DNA from: Octopus bimaculoides | Taxonomy: Eukaryota | Direction: 5' to 3' | NCBI RefSeq assembly: GCF_001194135.2 | Contig: NC_068981.1 | Location: forward strand, 25,279,930-25,318,596 | Length of the DNA: 38,667 nt | Shown: piece after piece, positions 37,935 through 38,667 of the stretch | Numbering within the stretch: position 1 is the first letter of the stretch | How the letters are laid out: every line of letters starts with the position of its first letter | Position numbers and translations under genes: made by a program | The notes under the pieces: generated by a model | Database searches by the model: none | What the model saw: only the letters and a program-made list of their open reading frames with translations | Told to the model about the DNA's origin: nothing

Positions 37935-38009
<75 letters not shown>

Positions 38010-38127
38010 NNNNNNNNNNNNNNNNNNNNNNNNNNNNNNNNNNNNNNNNNNNNNNNNNNNNNNNNNNNNNNNNNNNNNNNNNNNNNNNNNNNNNNNNNTA
38101 TATATACACTGATATATATACATATAT

Positions 38128-38655
38128 GGTGGTTGTCTACTCCTTATACAAAGTTTTATCACCTCCTGTACCTACACCTTAGCACCATCATGGCGTCTGA
38201 TGTAGCTTTATAAACCAGACAATGTTCTGAAAAGTCTTCCACATAGATTGCATCTCTGATTTGGACCACCAAGAACTGCAGATAAGTTCTGCTCTTTGTA
38301 GATTTTAACATGTCTTTTGAAGCCTCCGTTGGATTTGCAAACCTTCTGGCATACACTGCATTCAAAGGTGTGCACATGTAGGCAGAATAGTTAGTGGAGA
38401 TTCCATGCGTTCGTAGATGAGATTTGAGTCCAGTAAAAGACAGGTATGGTCTGTCACAGACTGTACACACAAAAAGACTATTGTCATTCACCTTCTCGAT
38501 CGTTACATTCTTCCTTAGATCTCTTTTGAGTCTTACTTGCATTATCCTGGCCTCTTCAAATGCTTTCACTCCACCCTACACATTTGTTCGTCATCCAACT
38601 CGAACCGAAGTGAGCGTTTCTATATCTTCTAGAACCATTCCAAGTGACTTCATAG
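38128..38655 (-). mobile_element. RTE-type LINE 3' end
   Basis: KAFEEAR..KRDLRK..FVCTVCDRPYLSFTGLKSHLRTH followed by a frameshifted second repeat. Shares the terminus GGAGTAGACAACCACC(AT)n with the 22245 copy. Confidence 0.7.
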
Positions 38656-38667
38656 TATAATATATAT

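Overview
AT-rich, microsatellite-dense eukaryotic scaffold with about 14 N-gaps. The repeat content resembles octopus/cephalopod DNA (inference, not verified). The only host protein-coding sequences I can support are two interleukin-17-like cystine-knot ORFs (12889-13449 minus; 33302-33847 plus). They lie head-to-head as the two arms of an old inverted segmental duplication whose non-coding flanks still align. The rest is transposon-derived: several tRNA-derived SINE families, a decayed near-full CR1-type LINE, two RTE-type LINE 3' ends, two Penelope-like GIY-YIG fragments and a mariner remnant. The least expected signals are: (i) multiple type I hammerhead ribozyme motifs, two of them inside small elements bounded by unrelated inverted repeats; (ii) a head-to-head 5S rRNA pseudogene palindrome; (iii) an inverted repeat enclosing a captured IL-17 3' flank fragment; (iv) a one-residue cysteine shift and an ambiguous first exon in the IL-17 pair. 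All alignments and folds were done by eye, so boundaries are approximate.
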